From positions 4,859 through 68,858 of the forward strand of contig JABDCC010000006.1 in NCBI GenBank assembly GCA_013288335.1: 64,000 bases of DNA. The letters run 5' to 3'. A program made the position numbers and the translations under genes. Each line of letters begins with the position of its first letter. The first letter of the stretch is position 1. Source of the stretch: Alphaproteobacteria bacterium (GTDB lineage: Bacteria > Pseudomonadota > Alphaproteobacteria > Rickettsiales > JABCZZ01). The notes beneath the pieces were generated by a model that was given only the letters and a program-made list of their open reading frames with translations, was not told the origin of the DNA and did no database searches. Shown here piece by piece: positions 1 to 10,092 of this stretch.

Positions 1-601
1 CTTAAAGGTAATGGATGATCAGGCTACTCGCATGACTAATCTGATTAACGATTTATTGTCGCTTTCAAAAATTGAAATGAATGCACAAACTATTCCTGAA
101 GGAAAAGTCGATATTTTACGTATTATTCGTAATGAAAAAGAAACATTCTCCTGGGCACTTAAAGATAAGTCCATGACTATAAAGCTCGATGTGCCGGATA
201 ATTTACCTAATGCGCGCGGTGAAGAACGTGAATTGATGCAGGTGATGCACAACTTACTTGGTAACGCTATAAAATACGGCAATGCCGGAACAGAAGTTGT
301 GGTAAGCGCTCGCGTTACTTCGGTGTTGCCACAAGAGCAGGTTATGGCGAAGCTGCACCGGGCCATTTGCATATCCATTATCGATCACGGTGACGGAATT
401 CCTTCAGAACATCTTCCCCGCCTGACTGAGCGTTTTTACCGTGTGGATTCTGCCAGAACCCGCGCAATCGGGGGCACTGGCCTTGGCCTTGCCATTGTAA
501 AACATATCATCCACCGTCATCATGGTGTACTTGTGGTGGACAGCGTGGTAGGTGAAGGCAGCACATTTAGTGTTTACCTTCCCCTCTATGCAGAAGAATA
601 A
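1..601 (+). CDS. phoR: Phosphate regulon sensor histidine kinase, 3' part (starts before the window)
   Basis: HATPase N/G boxes (NLLGNAIKY, DHGDGI, RLTERFYRVD..R, GGTGLGLAIVKHI); directly upstream of pstC. Confidence 0.88.
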   Translation, partial: LKVMDDQATRMTNLINDLLSLSKIEMNAQTIPEGKVDILRIIRNEKETFSWALKDKSMTIKLDVPDNLPNARGEERELMQVMHNLLGNAIKYGNAGTEVVVSARVTSVLPQEQVMAKLHRAICISIIDHGDGIPSEHLPRLTERFYRVDSARTRAIGGTGLGLAIVKHIIHRHHGVLVVDSVVGEGSTFSVYLPLYAEE

Positions 602-605
602 TCTT

Positions 606-1532
606 ATGCAGAAAAAGAATAGAAAGTTTGCCGATAAAAGCCTGAAAACATTATTTATGCTTTCGGCTTTATTTTCCGTAGCCATTACCGGCGGCATTAT
701 TCTTACCGTACTTATAGAATCATTACGATTCTTTCATTTTATAAAACTTCAAGATTTTTTGTTTGGCCTGCAATGGAGTCCACAACTTGCGATCCGTTCC
801 GATCAGGTAGGCAGCTCCGGCGCATTTGGTATACTTCCGCTGTTTGCCGGAACATTCCTCATCATGATTATTGCTATGATGGTAGCCGTTCCAGTTGGCC
901 TGTTTTCTGCAATTTACATGGCAGAATATGCTTCTAAACCAGCGCATTCTGCGGTAAAGCCCTTGCTGGAAATTTTAGCGGGGATACCGACAGTAGTGTA
1001 CGGATATTTTGCAGTTATTTCTATAACACCATTGCTTCGAACTATGGGTGCCACTTTGGGAATTGATATATCCACTGAAAGCGCACTGTCCGCAGGCTTT
1101 GTAATGGGCATTATGATCATTCCTTTTATATCATCACTTTCTGACGATATCATCACTGCCGTGCCGCAATCGCTGCGTGATGCATCGCTCGCGCTTGGCG
1201 CAACCAAATCTGAAACTATTCGCAGAGTCGTTCTCCCTGCAGCGCTTCCGGGCATAATGGGTGCAGTTCTGCTTGGTGTTTCACGCGCTATTGGTGAAAC
1301 CATGATCGTGGTAATGGCAGCAGGACTTGCTGCTAACCTTACCTTCAACCCACTTTCGGAAGTAACAACGGTGACCGCACAAATTGTTTCGCTTTTGGTG
1401 GGCGATCAGGCATTTGACAACACCAAAACCCTCGCTGCATTTGCCCTCGGCCTCACATTGTTCATCGTTACGCTCATGCTGAATATGGTCGCTTTAATGA
1501 TAGTGAAAAAATACCGCGAGGCATATGAGTAG
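606..1532 (+). CDS. pstC: Phosphate ABC transporter permease PstC
   Basis: LEILAGIPTVVYG and LALGATKSETI motifs; ATG 606 chosen just after the phoR stop. Confidence 0.95.
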   Translation: MQKKNRKFADKSLKTLFMLSALFSVAITGGIILTVLIESLRFFHFIKLQDFLFGLQWSPQLAIRSDQVGSSGAFGILPLFAGTFLIMIIAMMVAVPVGLFSAIYMAEYASKPAHSAVKPLLEILAGIPTVVYGYFAVISITPLLRTMGATLGIDISTESALSAGFVMGIMIIPFISSLSDDIITAVPQSLRDASLALGATKSETIRRVVLPAALPGIMGAVLLGVSRAIGETMIVVMAAGLAANLTFNPLSEVTTVTAQIVSLLVGDQAFDNTKTLAAFALGLTLFIVTLMLNMVALMIVKKYREAYE

Positions 1533-2781
1533 AATTCCACTTACTCTTATTGAAAAACGTCACCGTGCTGAAAAACGTTTTCGGCGCTATGGCCAGCTTG
1601 CAATTGCTTTTGCACTTATTTCACTGGCATTTCTGCTTAGCACTCTCATAGTTGGCGGATGGAAAGGGTTTCTGCATACAGAAATACGCCTTACTTTAAA
1701 TATAGAATCCAGCGTAATAGGAAGTGACCCAAAACTATGGAGGCATACCGACGTAAGTCCGTTTATTAAAAAATCCCTGCTCATGCAATTCCCCGATACA
1801 AAAAACCGCAAAGACATTCTTGAGCTAGTGGGACTTATAAGTTCGGGTGCCACGCAAACCATCCGTGATGCGATGATTGCCAATCCATCCATCGTGGGCA
1901 AGCCCATAACTTTATGGCTTCCGGCTTCAGATAAAGTCGATCGCGCAGTAAAATCCCATATAACCACAGCTACACCAGCCACAGCACGCAAAATAAGCGA
2001 TGAACAGTTGGGTTGGCTCAGCACTCTTCAAAATGCGAATGCTGTAAAACTTACATGGAATTCCTATTTCTTTACTACCGGAGATTCCCGTGAGCCTGAG
2101 CTCGCGGGGTTTATGGGCAGCATGGTTGGTTCGTTGTTTACTATTTTATCCTGCATTTTGGTGGCGTTTCCGGTGGGCGTTATGGCTGCAATTTACCTGG
2201 AGGAATTTTCCAAAAAAAGCCGCCTGACCGACTGGATTGAGTTAAACATTAACAATCTTGCAGCAGTGCCTTCTGTAGTTTACGGACTGCTTGGACTTTC
2301 CGTCTATATCAATCTTCTTGGAATACCTAGATCTGCTTCGTTAGTAGGTGGCCTCACGCTTGCACTGATGATTTTACCCACCATAATCATTGCGACGCGT
2401 GCGAGCCTTCGTGCAATACCTGATTCCATACGAGACGCCGCACGTGGGCTTGGAGCGTCACCGCTGCAAGTGGTGCTGCATCATACTTTACCACTTGCGA
2501 TACCCGGCATTATGACCGGAACCATTCTTGGTATGGCAAGAGCTATGGGTGAAACTGCACCACTTCTGATGATTGGTATGGTGGCATTTATTGCTGATAT
2601 TCCACACACTCCGCTTGATCCGGCCACGGCAATGCCGGTGCAGATTTACCTCTGGGCGACAAGCCCGGAGGAAAGTTTTGTGGAAAAAACAGATGCTGGA
2701 ATATTAGTGTTATTGATTGCCTTGGCAGCAATGAATTCGATAGCGATATTTATACGCAGGAAATTTGAACACCACTGGTAA
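1525..2781 (+). CDS. pstA: Phosphate ABC transporter permease PstA (long alphaproteobacterial form)
   Basis: NINNLAAVPSVVYGLLG, ARAMGETAPL; overlaps the pstC stop. Confidence 0.95.
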   Translation: MSRIPLTLIEKRHRAEKRFRRYGQLAIAFALISLAFLLSTLIVGGWKGFLHTEIRLTLNIESSVIGSDPKLWRHTDVSPFIKKSLLMQFPDTKNRKDILELVGLISSGATQTIRDAMIANPSIVGKPITLWLPASDKVDRAVKSHITTATPATARKISDEQLGWLSTLQNANAVKLTWNSYFFTTGDSREPELAGFMGSMVGSLFTILSCILVAFPVGVMAAIYLEEFSKKSRLTDWIELNINNLAAVPSVVYGLLGLSVYINLLGIPRSASLVGGLTLALMILPTIIIATRASLRAIPDSIRDAARGLGASPLQVVLHHTLPLAIPGIMTGTILGMARAMGETAPLLMIGMVAFIADIPHTPLDPATAMPVQIYLWATSPEESFVEKTDAGILVLLIALAAMNSIAIFIRRKFEHHW

Positions 2782-2782
2782 T

Positions 2783-4132
2783 TTAATTTACGCCACCTTT
2801 ACCGCCCATGCCTTGACCTCTGAAAGCATTTAGCCAGCTATTCAGACTATCCAGAACATTCTTAAAAGCAGTTTGTGTCGGCAGGGTTTCAATACCAGCT
2901 TTTGCACGGAATTCTCCTACTTCTTTGAGTAAGTCTGTTTCTTTCATTCCGAGAAGTTTTGCGGTGCCTTTTAGATCATCCGACTTTCCGGTTAATAAAT
3001 TCTCAAGTGCAATTTTCTGTCTGTGAGCCAGTTCCAGTTCTTGTTCAATAATAGCAGCTTGTGTATCAAGTTCATGCCCAACCGATTTAAATTCTTCCTT
3101 GATACCATTGATTTGTGTTTTAATGTTTTGCTCGAGAGCTACATTATCGGCAGCGCTTTCAATGGCAGTATGCATATTTTGCAATCTCTCATCAAACTTC
3201 TTAAATCTTGCACCCCATGAAGCCGCCCTCTCGCCAATGGTATTTTTTGCCATTTCACAATATTCGGGATAGCTGGCAGCAAATTTTTTGGCAGGCTCGG
3301 CAACAAACTTGCCGTACGCATTAAGAACACGTTCTTTTCCAATAGTGAAATGGCTACGCATACCTTCGTGAATATCTTTGGCGGTAGCATGAATGTTTTT
3401 GGCGCGTTCACGGATAGCAGCTTTTACTCTTTCACGGCGGGTAAGTATTTTTTCTTCAGTTTCAACTTCTTCTGCGCCGGCTTTAATTAATTCTTCTTCC
3501 TCTTTCAAGGCTTTCTCAGCCATTTCCAACGCTGCTACATCCAGTACAGCAGCCATGGTTTTTTCATCTTCAACTACTGTTGTAGCTTGCATTGTGGTGT
3601 CAAAATCATCAAACCCTTTTTCGGTTTCTTTAAAGTCTTCTTCAACTTTTTTATATTTCTTCTTAACTTTATTGAGTTCACCGATATGTATATTGATTTT
3701 ATTCATTGCAGGAACATTATTTAAAGCAGCTTCAAGCTCATCCAGTGTCAGGGTAGGTTTGTTTGCATTTTCTTCAGCTGCAAGTTTTTCCGCATCAAAT
3801 ATATTCTGGTAGAGTTGCGAATTCAGGTGCGCCTGCTCAATCGAAAGTGCAGTGATACAACTTGCCGCAGCAGCTGGGTCGGAAAGCGCATGAAGAATAT
3901 TGAAGGCCCGCAGTTGCAGCGACATGTAATTAGTAGCAAGTTGATTCAGCGCACCGGAACTATTGGTTGCCTGCATAGCATTGATACGCGCCATCGCAAC
4001 GCTTATGCTCATAAGCAAAGCATTGACCTGTGCCTCAAGACTTTTTGCACTTTCCTCGCGGGTTTGCGCACCCTCTATATTCAGGGGTGGCTTTGTGAGC
4101 AGATTAACGTGATTGCCCATATTCTCGTACAT
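2783..4132 (-). CDS. Orphan coiled-coil-rich protein (about 449 aa), candidate secreted effector O1
   Basis: Long E/K/A-rich helical ORF with no recognisable family motif; start ATG 4132 (GTG 4141 is an alternative); G/K-rich C-terminal tail. Confidence 0.75.
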   Translation of the reverse strand: MYENMGNHVNLLTKPPLNIEGAQTREESAKSLEAQVNALLMSISVAMARINAMQATNSSGALNQLATNYMSLQLRAFNILHALSDPAAAASCITALSIEQAHLNSQLYQNIFDAEKLAAEENANKPTLTLDELEAALNNVPAMNKINIHIGELNKVKKKYKKVEEDFKETEKGFDDFDTTMQATTVVEDEKTMAAVLDVAALEMAEKALKEEEELIKAGAEEVETEEKILTRRERVKAAIRERAKNIHATAKDIHEGMRSHFTIGKERVLNAYGKFVAEPAKKFAASYPEYCEMAKNTIGERAASWGARFKKFDERLQNMHTAIESAADNVALEQNIKTQINGIKEEFKSVGHELDTQAAIIEQELELAHRQKIALENLLTGKSDDLKGTAKLLGMKETDLLKEVGEFRAKAGIETLPTQTAFKNVLDSLNSWLNAFRGQGMGGKGGVN

Positions 4133-4155
4133 AAAAATCACTCATTTGATACTCC

Positions 4156-4189
4156 ACTATAACAAATAATTGTTACGATTTCGTGACAA
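4156..4189 (-). promoter_or_regulatory. Orphan-regulon promoter O1: TTGTCAC-gaaa-TCGTAAC-N10-TATAGT
   Basis: Two half-sites at 11-bp period, 10-nt spacer, TG-n-TATAGT; same layout upstream of three other orphans. Confidence 0.65.
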
Positions 4190-4237
4190 ATACACTTCAA
4201 GCAATTAATAATATAACTATCTGAATAGAAATAATAA

Positions 4238-5614
4238 TTATTCCAGAGTGGAATTCACCACCTGATTGCGCCCACTGTTTTTGGCCTTGAAAAGCGCTTC
4301 ATCTGCACGTTTTAGCAGCGCTGCGCCCGAATCACCCATTTCGTTTAAGTACGCAACACCTATACTCACTGTCTTTTTGAGCATACCTACGTCATTGCTG
4401 ACTTTTAGTTCTGCATTCTCAATATTGCGGCGCATACGCTCTGCAGCATCATTTGCCTGTTTTTTATCGGTCTCTGGCATGAGCACTATAAATTCCTCAC
4501 CGCCAAAACGCGCTGCTAAATCGGCACTACGAATGTCTTTTATGAGCAGTGCGGATAATTGTTTTAATACTTCATCGCCTACATCATGGCCATAAGTATC
4601 GTTTACCTGTTTAAAATGATCCACGTCCAAAATCATAAGTGAAAGTGATTTGTTGTTATGCAGTGCCGACAACACCATGTTATCCAAATGGGCATTTAAA
4701 TAATGGCGGTTATAAAGACCCGTAAGACCATCGGTGATCGCAAGTGAAATAGTCTGCTGATAATTGGATTTAAGCGCATCCTGATAACGCTTGCGGCGTA
4801 TCTGTGTTTTTATGCGCGCGGACATTTCGTTATAGTCAACCGGCATGACGATATAATCATTCACGCCAAGCTCAAGACCCTTTAACATCGCGCGTGTATC
4901 GTCTTCATCCACCAGCATTAAAACCGGCACACTGCGGGTGGCTTCCTGCGCTTTAATCTGCGAGGCAAGGCGCAAACCGTCCATATCAACAAGCTGAGTG
5001 CTTACTATTATCAGATCAAACGTACCGTGCGTTGCAATATTGACAGCGCTTTCTGGCTTAGAAAGCCCTTCAATAGCGTATTCTTTTTCTAAGCGCTCGG
5101 TTAAATGTTTCAACTGCACCACGTCGTCGTCAATGATAAGTATGCGCGAGCCGGAAACATTCTGGGTAAATGTATTCTCACCTTCATCCAGCACACCCAT
5201 TTCTACACCGGTTTTATCGCGCAGGCGCAACTCATCGAGCAGGACTTTAATACGCACCAGCGATTTAACACGGGCAAACAAGGCAATATCATTGATAGGT
5301 TTGGTAAGAAAATCATCCGCTCCTGCTTCCAACCCTCGAACACGGTCAGCGGTCTCAGAAAGCGCTGTTACCATCACTACAGGGATATGCGAAACTTCTA
5401 TGTCTTCTTTGAGTTTTCGACAGGTCTCAAACCCATCCATGCCCGGCATCATAACGTCGAGCAAAATCAGATCCGGCTTGTGTTCTTTCGCTTTTTTTAT
5501 GGCTTCATAGCCGTCTTTTGCGGAGATAACGTCATAATATTCATTGGCAAGTTTGACTTCCAGCAATTTGACGTTGGCCGGAACGTCATCCACCACTAAT
5601 ATCTCAGCTGACAT
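4238..5614 (-). CDS. pleD: Response regulator diguanylate cyclase PleD
   Basis: REC-REC'-GGEEF architecture (RSAD I-site, RFGGEEF); downstream of divK. Confidence 0.96.
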   Translation of the reverse strand: MSAEILVVDDVPANVKLLEVKLANEYYDVISAKDGYEAIKKAKEHKPDLILLDVMMPGMDGFETCRKLKEDIEVSHIPVVMVTALSETADRVRGLEAGADDFLTKPINDIALFARVKSLVRIKVLLDELRLRDKTGVEMGVLDEGENTFTQNVSGSRILIIDDDVVQLKHLTERLEKEYAIEGLSKPESAVNIATHGTFDLIIVSTQLVDMDGLRLASQIKAQEATRSVPVLMLVDEDDTRAMLKGLELGVNDYIVMPVDYNEMSARIKTQIRRKRYQDALKSNYQQTISLAITDGLTGLYNRHYLNAHLDNMVLSALHNNKSLSLMILDVDHFKQVNDTYGHDVGDEVLKQLSALLIKDIRSADLAARFGGEEFIVLMPETDKKQANDAAERMRRNIENAELKVSNDVGMLKKTVSIGVAYLNEMGDSGAALLKRADEALFKAKNSGRNQVVNSTLE

Positions 5615-5616
5615 TC

Positions 5617-5988
5617 TTAACTCTCACCAAGAAATTTTCTAATCGTTTCAAGAAAGTTCACGATTGAAATAGGTTTGGAAATGTAGGCCTGGCAACCCGC
5701 ACGAAGAATCTTTTCTTCATCATCTTTCATGGCAAACGCAGTTACCGCTATAATCGGGATGTCAGCGATATCTTTATCGGCTTTGATTTTCTTGGTGACA
5801 TCAAGTCCGGATATTTCCGGCAACTGAATATCCATGATGATGAGAGCCGGACGGTGGCGTTTTACCACATTTACCGCATCAAGCCCGTCCTTAATCTCAA
5901 CGGTTTCATAACCATGTGCCTGGAGAAGGTCATTAAAGAGCTTCAGGTTAAGGTCGTTATCTTCAACTATTAAAATCTTTTTGCCCAT
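5617..5988 (-). CDS. divK: Single-domain response regulator DivK
   Basis: KILIVEDNDLNLKLF, MDIQLPEISG, AVTAFAMKDDEE; divK-pleD operon. Confidence 0.95.
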   Translation of the reverse strand: MGKKILIVEDNDLNLKLFNDLLQAHGYETVEIKDGLDAVNVVKRHRPALIIMDIQLPEISGLDVTKKIKADKDIADIPIIAVTAFAMKDDEEKILRAGCQAYISKPISIVNFLETIRKFLGES

Positions 5989-6005
5989 ATATCCATATTA
6001 TATAA

Positions 6006-6060
6006 CGTGATAAAAGCACTCCTGCAGCAACTTTTTTGCCCTTAAAAGGCTTTTATCACG
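6006..6060. repeat. Perfect 12-bp inverted repeat in the divK upstream region
   Basis: CGTGATAAAAGC (6006-6017) and GCTTTTATCACG (6049-6060). Confidence 0.8.
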
Positions 6061-6230
6061 GTAATTATTAAAAATTTGTAAAGATTCGAAATTAAAAATT
6101 TAATTCCGGCGGTATGTGACTTTTATAACAAAATAGAGGCTTATACTAATAATTATTAAAGATTTTTCCAGTTCTAGATTTACGATTAGCATATTATTTA
6201 GTATAAATCCTGTAAATTAAGGAGAAAATC

Positions 6231-6476
6231 ATGGCTGAATTTATTCCAACTGGCATAGGCGGCTTTGCAACAAGACCCACCAAACGCAAGCTGGTGATTC
6301 AAGATAAAGCAGGCGCACGCTCCTATGAACGCCATGAACTGACTCCACCTCCCCGTCCAATAAAAAATTATATCCCCACCCAGGAAATTATTGAAGCGCT
6401 TGTAGAACGTGCCGTAGCAGCACTTGCCAAAGGCATATACTGGGATCGAGGCTCAATTATTAACCTAGTACTATGA
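6231..6476 (+). CDS. Small hypothetical protein
   Basis: Strong SD (AAGGAG) before ATG; ATGA overlap with the next gene; ends RGSIINLVL. Confidence 0.75.
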   Translation: MAEFIPTGIGGFATRPTKRKLVIQDKAGARSYERHELTPPPRPIKNYIPTQEIIEALVERAVAALAKGIYWDRGSIINLVL

Positions 6477-7663
6477 AAAATCCGTTTCATTGGAATGATC
6501 CCCTGCTGCTTGACGAAGAATTAAGCGAAGAAGAACGCCTTGTCCAATCAACTGCCCGCAAATTTGCCCGTGAAACACTGCTTCCCGGCATTATTGAAGC
6601 TAATCGTCATGAAAATTTTGATCGTGAAATCTTACGCGAGATGGGAAAACTAGGGTTTTTAGGTTCAACTATCAAAGATTACGGCTGCGCAGGCGTGAAT
6701 CACGTCTGTTATGGGTTGATTGCACGCGAAGTAGAATGGGTGGATAGCGGTTACCGTTCGGTACTTTCCGTACAATCAAGCCTGGTCATGCACCCAATTG
6801 ATACATTTGGCTCGCCCGCACAAAAACAAAAATACCTCCCACGTCTCGCCACCGGCGAAATCGTTGGTTGCTTTGGCCTCACTGAACCAAGCCATGGTTC
6901 AGACCCCGGTGGCATGATCACACGTGCAACCAAAGTTGCAGGCGGCTTTAAACTGAGTGGTTCAAAAACATGGATTACCAATTCCCCGATAGCCGATGTG
7001 TTTATCGTCTGGGCTAAAATATACGGCGATAAGGAAATAAAAGACGGCACCATCAGCGGATTTATTTTAGATCGCGGCATGAAAGGGCTGGAGACAACGA
7101 AAATTGAAGGTAAACTTTCGCTGCGGGTCTCCACCACCGGAAATATATTGATGGATGAAGTGTTCGTGCCCGATGAAAATAAACTCAATGCCAGCGGACT
7201 TGGCGGGCCATTTAGTTGCCTGAATAAAGCGCGTTATGGCATTGGCTGGGGCGCACTCGGTGCCGCAGAATTCTGCTATGAAGCCGCGCGCAGTTATGTG
7301 TTAGAGCGCAAACAATTTGGCCGCCCGCTTGCTGCTAATCAGCTCATTCAAAAAAAGCTTGCTGACATGGCAACGGAAATCGCACTCGGTCTGCAAGCCT
7401 GCCTGAAAGTGGGAAGACTCATTGACGAAGACAAAGCCGCACCGGAAATGATTTCACTTATCAAACGCAACTCCACCGGCAAATCACTCGACATCGCCCG
7501 CGCTGCACGTGACATGCATGGTGGCAATGGTATCGCTGACGAATACCACGTCATGCGCCATATGGTGAATCTGGAAAGTGTGAACACCTATGAAGGCACA
7601 AACGACATTCATGCACTCATCCTCGGCAAAGCCATCACAGGAATTCAGGCGTTTAAGAATTGA
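6473..7663 (+). CDS. gcdH: Acyl-CoA dehydrogenase, glutaryl-CoA dehydrogenase family
   Basis: F.W.DPL.L N-terminus, [28 protein letters not shown]. Confidence 0.88.
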   Translation: MKNPFHWNDPLLLDEELSEEERLVQSTARKFARETLLPGIIEANRHENFDREILREMGKLGFLGSTIKDYGCAGVNHVCYGLIAREVEWVDSGYRSVLSVQSSLVMHPIDTFGSPAQKQKYLPRLATGEIVGCFGLTEPSHGSDPGGMITRATKVAGGFKLSGSKTWITNSPIADVFIVWAKIYGDKEIKDGTISGFILDRGMKGLETTKIEGKLSLRVSTTGNILMDEVFVPDENKLNASGLGGPFSCLNKARYGIGWGALGAAEFCYEAARSYVLERKQFGRPLAANQLIQKKLADMATEIALGLQACLKVGRLIDEDKAAPEMISLIKRNSTGKSLDIARAARDMHGGNGIADEYHVMRHMVNLESVNTYEGTNDIHALILGKAITGIQAFKN

Positions 7664-7664
7664 G

Positions 7665-8444
7665 TTATTCCGCCGTCCAGCCGCAATCCACAGTAATAGT
7701 GGAACCTGTAATAGGGTTACTGTAAGGCCCACAGAGGTAAACTACCATTCCTGCGATTTCTTCCGGTTTTACGAATTCCTTTATCGCATGTTTCTCGAGC
7801 AATTCTTTTTTTACTGCGTCTTTGTCTTTGCCTTCTTTTTGCGCGCGGTCATCAATCTGTTTTTGCACAAGCGGCGTCAGTACCCAGCCCGGGCAAATGC
7901 CATTACAAGTAATACCATCTTCTGCAGTTTCTAAGGCCACGACTTTGGTAAGCCCGGAAAGCCCATGCTTGGCCGCCACATACGCAGATTTTTCAATCGA
8001 TCCCACTAAGCCGTGCACGGAAATAGTATTGATGATACGACCATATTTCTGCGCTTTCATAATCGGCACCGCGTGTTTTATGGCATAAAAAGATGCGAAT
8101 AAATTGGTCTCAAGCACCGCCTTCCATTTATCATCGGGGAATTTATCCACGGTTGCGGTAAACTGAATCCCTGCGTTATTCACTAAAATCTCAAGGCTAC
8201 CAAAAGTCTTATGGGCTTCTTTTACCATCGCTTCAATTTCATCCGATTTTGTGACGTCAGCCGCAGAATAAGCAACCTTCACTTTATATTTATCGGCTAA
8301 TTCTTTTCGCTCTTTCTCGATTTGGTCTTTGTCACCAAATCCGTTGATCATCACATTACATCCGTTTTCCGCAAGCATGGTCGCAATCGCCATACCAATC
8401 CCGCTGGTGGAACCAGTCACGATAGCATTTTTTCCCTTAAGCAT
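7665..8444 (-). CDS. bdhA: D-3-hydroxybutyrate dehydrogenase (SDR)
   Basis: TGSTSGIG, NNAGIQ, KSAYVAAKHG, CPGWVLTPLVQKQI. Confidence 0.92.
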   Translation of the reverse strand: MLKGKNAIVTGSTSGIGMAIATMLAENGCNVMINGFGDKDQIEKERKELADKYKVKVAYSAADVTKSDEIEAMVKEAHKTFGSLEILVNNAGIQFTATVDKFPDDKWKAVLETNLFASFYAIKHAVPIMKAQKYGRIINTISVHGLVGSIEKSAYVAAKHGLSGLTKVVALETAEDGITCNGICPGWVLTPLVQKQIDDRAQKEGKDKDAVKKELLEKHAIKEFVKPEEIAGMVVYLCGPYSNPITGSTITVDCGWTAE

Positions 8445-8542
8445 TTTTCTCTCCTTTAAGTATGGTTTCCTTATGTACTTGCACGCACTCTCAGCTTATA
8501 AGTATAAGTAATCCATTCGTTTAATCGTGTAAGGAACAGTTT

Positions 8543-9340
8543 ATGAAAAGAGATGAAATTCTGGCACTTCCCGGCATGCCTGCTGCGGCGCCGAGCTACC
8601 CCAAAGGCCCATACCGTTTCGTAAACCGTGAATATTTTATTATTACCTATGAAACCGACCCTGAAGCCATTCGCCATGCGCTTCCCGAACCTTTAAAGCC
8701 TGCACCGGGCAATCTCGTGGCTTACGAATTTATCAAAATGCCCGACAGCTCCGGCTTCGGCGATTACATGGAAAGCGGTATAGTAATTCCGTGTCTTTTT
8801 AACGGCGAAGAGGTGAATTTCACCTGTCAGATGTATCTCGACGATGAACCACCCATGACCGGCGGACGCGAGATATGGGGTTTCCCTAAAAAATATGGCA
8901 AGCCGGAATTAAAAGTAATTCATGATACCTTAACCGGCACTTTGAAATATGACGAAGAACTCGTCTCTATGGGCACGATGGGCTATAAAACCGAGAATTT
9001 AATTTCCAATCCCCTGCATATGGAATTGCGCCACCCCAAAGCCATCATCAAAAAACTTACCAAGACGCAGGTGAATTTAAAACTGATTCCCGGCGTGGAT
9101 GGTAATATGGAAATCGCGCAGCTTGTTGCTTATAATATGTGTGATGCAACCATAAAAGGTGCGTGGAGCGGCCCGGCGAGATTACATTTAGTGCCGCACG
9201 TCAATGCACCGGTTGCCGATTTTCCTGTGAAGAAAATAATCGGGGGTAGCCATTTTATTGCCGATATTACCCTGCCCTATGGCCGCGTGATTCATGATTA
9301 TATTAACGGCGGCAAGCCCGCTAAGACAAAGAAACGTTAG
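8543..9340 (+). CDS. adc: Acetoacetate decarboxylase
   Basis: PYRFVNREY, MPDSSGFGDY.ESG, GREIWGFPKK with the Schiff-base Lys. Confidence 0.92.
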   Translation: MKRDEILALPGMPAAAPSYPKGPYRFVNREYFIITYETDPEAIRHALPEPLKPAPGNLVAYEFIKMPDSSGFGDYMESGIVIPCLFNGEEVNFTCQMYLDDEPPMTGGREIWGFPKKYGKPELKVIHDTLTGTLKYDEELVSMGTMGYKTENLISNPLHMELRHPKAIIKKLTKTQVNLKLIPGVDGNMEIAQLVAYNMCDATIKGAWSGPARLHLVPHVNAPVADFPVKKIIGGSHFIADITLPYGRVIHDYINGGKPAKTKKR

Positions 9341-9660
9341 AGTGCATCAATCTTTGCAGCGAGAATAAAATCATTGGTATGTAGCCCACCTGCCGCGTGG
9401 GTTTGCAGTTTTATTTTTACATACCCCCAACCTAGTTTTAAATCCGGGTGATGGTTTTCTTTTTCTGCAACTGCTCCCACTTTATTGGTAAAATGCAGTG
9501 CACTCAGAAAGTTTTTAAACGTATAGGATTTCTGCAGCCATTTTTTATCTTTGCTGATTTTCCAGCCATCAACTTCTTCAAGCAATTTAGCCGCCTCTTT
9601 GGAGGAAAGACCTTTCGTGCCTTTTTTACAGGCAACACAATGTTTCTTTGCTAAATTCAT
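9337..9660 (-). CDS. phhB: Pterin-4a-carbinolamine dehydratase
   Basis: AEKENHHPD and THAAGGL..NDFILAAKID. Confidence 0.9.
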   Translation of the reverse strand: MNLAKKHCVACKKGTKGLSSKEAAKLLEEVDGWKISKDKKWLQKSYTFKNFLSALHFTNKVGAVAEKENHHPDLKLGWGYVKIKLQTHAAGGLHTNDFILAAKIDAL

Positions 9661-9672
9661 GCAACCTGCTCC

Positions 9673-9984
9673 TTAAAATTTCTTGCCGCCTTTTACAGTA
9701 ATAGTGGCACCGTCAGCAAGAGTATGCACGCCATCAGGAGCGGCAACTCTTGCTCCGTCGGGATATACTACATATACCGAGCCATCCGGATCAACTTCCA
9801 CTTTAGTCCCATCCGGTAAAGTAGATACAACACCGTTGGTATCAGGCGTTGTAACCGTCGTTGTAGTGGTTGTGGTAACTGAAGAACCCGGAGAAGTTAC
9901 TAGCGAAGAAGCATTCTGCGCAAATGCCGCAGCACTTATTAGAATTAAAGCCGCAGATATAAATGAGGAAATAGGTTTATGCAT
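9673..9984 (-). CDS. Small secreted protein with Thr-rich linker and repeated (L)PDG(T) beta-hairpins
   Basis: Signal peptide ending AFA; poly-Thr; LPDGT, PDGS, PDGA, ADGA repeats. Confidence 0.75.
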   Translation of the reverse strand: MHKPISSFISAALILISAAAFAQNASSLVTSPGSSVTTTTTTTVTTPDTNGVVSTLPDGTKVEVDPDGSVYVVYPDGARVAAPDGVHTLADGATITVKGGKKF

Positions 9985-10030
9985 CAGAGCTCCTCAGTCA
10001 TTATAGAGGTTTAAAGTCTTATGTAAGACA

Positions 10031-10062
10031 AAGAATGCCAAACATCACTGTTCAGCATTCTT
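10031..10062 (-). terminator. Probable intrinsic terminator of the beta-barrel gene
   Basis: Minus strand AAGAATGCTGAACA-gtga-TGTTTGGCATTCTT followed by a T-rich tail, 30 nt after the stop. Confidence 0.6.
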
Positions 10063-10092
10063 ATATCTCAACTATTCAACAAGTGCTAGGCC

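Noticed and set aside
4104..4145. 13-codon upstream ORF (MSDFYVREYGQSR) with a GGAG SD, overlapping the O1 start
   Set aside because: The GGAG falls immediately after the predicted -10 and is probably not transcribed; no other support for a leader peptide.
6115..6130. CRP-like site TGTGA-N6-TAACA (and TGTTT-N6-TCACA at 10829-10844)
   Set aside because: Imperfect matches in very AT-rich DNA; cannot be distinguished from chance.
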